This document shows, in pieces, positions 61,201-64,000 of a stretch of DNA of 64,000 bases (position 1 is the first letter of the stretch; each line of letters starts with the position of its first letter). The DNA comes from a virus. The stretch is taken from IMG/VR virus record IMGVR_UViG_3300000052_000006, one strand, 5' to 3'. The notes beneath the pieces are model-generated. The model searched no databases. It was given only the letters and a program-made list of their open reading frames with translations, and had not been told where the DNA came from. The position numbers and the translations under genes are program-made.

Positions 61201-62396
61201 TGGGCATCCTGGCTCGTGCCTTCGAACAGAAAGCGGTTGATCCGCTATCCGTTTGGGCCGAAATGATGCGTGCTGGCCGTGCGTCCAAGTCCGGGCAGAC
61301 GATCAACCTGGAGAACACCCTTCGCGTCGGAACGGCACTCGCCTGCATGCGCGAGATCGCGCAGGGCTGCGCACAGGTTCCGTTCAAGCTGTTCCTCGGC
61401 GATGAGAAGGCGGAAGGTCATCCGCTGTACGACCTGCTGGCGATGCAGCCGAACGACTGGAGTACGTCGTTCGAATTCATCGAGACGCTGCTCATGCATG
61501 CGAGCCTGGGCAACGGCTATGTGTTCAAGAACGTGGTCCGCGGGCGTATTGCCGAGCTGATCATTCTGAACCCGGGGCGCGTCCAGAAAGAGCAGAAGCC
61601 GGATTACAGCGTCATTTACAAGGTGACCGCACCCAGCGGCGCCGAGCAGGAATTCCCCGCCGAGGCGATCTGGCATGTCCGTGGGCCGAGTTGGGACGGC
61701 GTGACCGGCATGGACATCATGAGCCTGGCGCGCGAAGCGCTCGGACTGTCGATCGCGACAGAAGGGAGCCACGCCAAGCTGCACGAGAAAGGGGTCAGGC
61801 CGTCTGGCGTCTATTCGGTTGAGGGGTCGCTGAGCGAACCGCAGTACAAGGCCCTGAAGCGCTGGATCGAGATGGAGTTCGGCGGCGCAGAGAACGCCGG
61901 TACCCCGATGATCCTTGACCGCGCGGCGAAGTGGATCAGCACTGCGATGTCCGGTGTTGATTCCCAGCACCTGGAGACGCGAAAGCACCAGATCGAGGAG
62001 GTGTGCCGGTTCTTCGGCGTCTTCCCGATGATCGTCTTCCACAGCGACAAGACCAGCACCTTCGCGTCATCGGAGTCGTTTTTCGAGGCGAACAACAAGC
62101 TCACGCTCTCGCGCTGGTACCGACGTGTCGAGATGTCGGCGACGGTGAACCTGCTGACCAGGCGCGAGCGGCAATCGGGCCTCTTTTTCAAGTTCGTCGC
62201 AAACGGGCTGCTGCGCGGCTCCGCGAAGGATCGTGCCGAGTACTACGCTCGAGCGCTCGGCTCTGGCGGCCACCCGGGCTGGATGACGCCGGACGAAGTG
62301 CGGGCACTCGAAGAACTGAACCCGATGGGCGGCGACGCGGCCAAGCTGCCGGCGCCAACCAATCAGACATCTGTACCGGCCAAGGAAACGCCATGA
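61200..62396 (+). CDS. Copy 2 of the portal protein
   Basis: Identical at +44,902. Confidence 0.95.
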   Translation: MGILARAFEQKAVDPLSVWAEMMRAGRASKSGQTINLENTLRVGTALACMREIAQGCAQVPFKLFLGDEKAEGHPLYDLLAMQPNDWSTSFEFIETLLMHASLGNGYVFKNVVRGRIAELIILNPGRVQKEQKPDYSVIYKVTAPSGAEQEFPAEAIWHVRGPSWDGVTGMDIMSLAREALGLSIATEGSHAKLHEKGVRPSGVYSVEGSLSEPQYKALKRWIEMEFGGAENAGTPMILDRAAKWISTAMSGVDSQHLETRKHQIEEVCRFFGVFPMIVFHSDKTSTFASSESFFEANNKLTLSRWYRRVEMSATVNLLTRRERQSGLFFKFVANGLLRGSAKDRAEYYARALGSGGHPGWMTPDEVRALEELNPMGGDAAKLPAPTNQTSVPAKETP

Positions 62397-63055
62397 CGAC
62401 ACAGACCATCGATTTTCCCTGCGAACTGAAGGCCACCGGCGACGCCGGCACCTTCGAGGGCTACGGCAGCGTCTTCAACATCACCGACCTCGGTGGCGAC
62501 ATCGTTGTGCCGGGGGCGTTTGCCGAGACCCTGGCCGCCGCCAAGGCCGCAGGCCGGCTGCCGGCCATGCTGTGGCAGCACCGCCAGGCCGAGCCGATCG
62601 GCGTCTATACGTCGATGGAAGAGGACAGCGTCGGCCTGAAGGTGGCCGGCACGCTCGCGCTCAAGACCACCCGCGGGGCAGAGGCGTACGAACTACTGAA
62701 GATGGGTGCGCTCAGCGGCCTGTCGATCGGTTACCGCGTGCGCGACGACAGCTGGGACCGCGTGACCGGTATTCGCACGATCAAGAAGGCCGACCTGATC
62801 GAGCTCTCGCTCGTCACCATGCCGATGAACGATTTGGCGCGCGTTTCTGCGGTCAAGGCCATCGAAGAACTGGAGAACCTGTCGGACATCGAACGCCACC
62901 TGCGTGATGCTTGTGGCCTGTCGAGGAGCGAGGCGACCGCGCTGGTGTCTCGCATGAAGGGCGTTGTCGGCCGGAGTGATTCCGGGGAGAGCGCGGACCT
63001 GCTGATGGTTCAACGTGCGGTCGATTCCGCGTTGCGCGCCATCTGCAAACGGTAG
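62393..63055 (+). CDS. Copy 2 of the prohead protease
   Basis: Identical at +44,902. Confidence 0.95.
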   Translation: MTTQTIDFPCELKATGDAGTFEGYGSVFNITDLGGDIVVPGAFAETLAAAKAAGRLPAMLWQHRQAEPIGVYTSMEEDSVGLKVAGTLALKTTRGAEAYELLKMGALSGLSIGYRVRDDSWDRVTGIRTIKKADLIELSLVTMPMNDLARVSAVKAIEELENLSDIERHLRDACGLSRSEATALVSRMKGVVGRSDSGESADLLMVQRAVDSALRAICKR

Positions 63056-63119
63056 AACCCCGAAGTCACAACACTTGAGCCGCCTGCGGGCGGCGCTTTC
63101 GTTCCAACAAGGAGCAATC

Positions 63120-64000
63120 ATGGAAATCAAGCAACTGGCCGACACCATCGAAAAGCTGGGGCAGGCGTGGGAAGAGCATCGCAAGACGAACGACGAACTG
63201 CTCAAGGCGAAGGCCGAGGGGAAGGCGGTCGCCGACCTCGAGGCCAAGCTCGACAAGATCGGCAAGGACATGGACGCTCTCACCGAGCTGAAGGATCAGT
63301 TCGACGCCATCGAGAAGAAGCTGAACCGTCCGCAGACCGATTCCGAGGTCAAGGCTGCGGCAGACCTCGCCGCCGAGACCAAGGGGTTCAACATCGCGCT
63401 GCGCGCAGACTACCAGCTGCGCGGCAAGGCCTTCCCGGGTGAGCTGACCGCCGATCAATACACGGCCTACAAGTCCGCCTTCTTCAAGGTCTCCGTCGGC
63501 GTGAAGGCCGAGGATCTGCCGGATGCCGAGCGCAAGGCTTTGCAGGCCGGCAGCGACCCGGACGGCGGCTACCTGCTGCCGCAGGCCACGACCGGTCGAG
63601 CCCTGTCGAAGATTTACGAGCAATCCGTGATGCGCCAGCTCGCCACGGTGCAGACGATCAGCACCAATGACATCGAGGGCCTGCTCGACAACGATGAGGC
63701 GGATGCCGGCTGGGTCACTGAACTCGGCACCCGCAGCGAAACCGACACCCCGCAGGTCGGCAAGTGGCGCATCGAGGCGCACGAGATGTACGCCATGCCG
63801 AAGGCGAGCCAGAAGATCCTGGACGATGCGGCCACCGACGTCGAAGGCTGGCTGGCCGGCAAGATCGCCGACAAGTTCGCCCGCGTCGAAGGCGCCGCCT
63901 TCTGGACTGGAAACGGCGTCGGCAAGCCACGCGGCCTGGCGGACTACCCGACGGCGGCGACTGCGGACGCTTCCCGCGCATGGGGCACGTTCGAACACGT
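63120..64000 (+). CDS. Copy 2 of the major capsid protein (truncated by the window end)
   Basis: Identical to 18218-19098. Confidence 0.9.
   Translation, partial: MEIKQLADTIEKLGQAWEEHRKTNDELLKAKAEGKAVADLEAKLDKIGKDMDALTELKDQFDAIEKKLNRPQTDSEVKAAADLAAETKGFNIALRADYQLRGKAFPGELTADQYTAYKSAFFKVSVGVKAEDLPDAERKALQAGSDPDGGYLLPQATTGRALSKIYEQSVMRQLATVQTISTNDIEGLLDNDEADAGWVTELGTRSETDTPQVGKWRIEAHEMYAMPKASQKILDDAATDVEGWLAGKIADKFARVEGAAFWTGNGVGKPRGLADYPTAATADASRAWGTFEH

Larger units (their letters stand above)
44903..64000. repeat. Second partial copy of the phage genome (direct repeat of 1-19098)
   Basis: Every ORF in 1-19098 recurs with identical translation at +44,902 (e.g. 5450..7957 and 50352..52859); spot-checked DNA is identical. 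Confidence 0.97.

Overview
The window is a tandem head-to-tail repeat of one 44,902-bp temperate phage genome: positions 44903-64000 repeat 1-19098. There is no recognisable host DNA and the candidate attP is intact, so this is an excised, circular or concatemeric form or a wrapped assembly. The phage is a GC-rich lambdoid siphovirus with an HK97-type head; a betaproteobacterial host is inferred, not shown. Gene order: leftward early operon (YqaJ exonuclease, RecT, C5-MTase, DUF5131, Xis, tyrosine integrase); immunity region (PL/OL, frameshifted lipoprotein moron, small ORF, candidate sRNA, peptidase-less CI, OR1-3, Cro, tR1, CII with PRE); replication and nin region (SNF2 helicase-MTase fusion, O-like, P-like, DnaB, RusA, NinB, Q-position regulator); late promoter and terminator; HNH, cos region, TerS, TerL; head; tail with -1 frameshift chaperone, tape measure, an unusual Ig-domain-rich tail tip and receptor-binding cassette; holin, SAR endolysin, spanins; attP. 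The best novel candidate is an unannotated ~120-nt sRNA (3517-3636) with its own promoter and terminator at the 3' end of cI. Its predicted single-stranded seed CAUCCCCCCCUC is the exact 12-nt reverse complement of the Shine-Dalgarno-to-AUG region of cII (4737-4748), which suggests a trans-encoded antisense switch on the lysis-lysogeny decision. A second candidate structured RNA lies in the late leader (13539-13614). Family assignments come from motif recognition by eye, not database searches.
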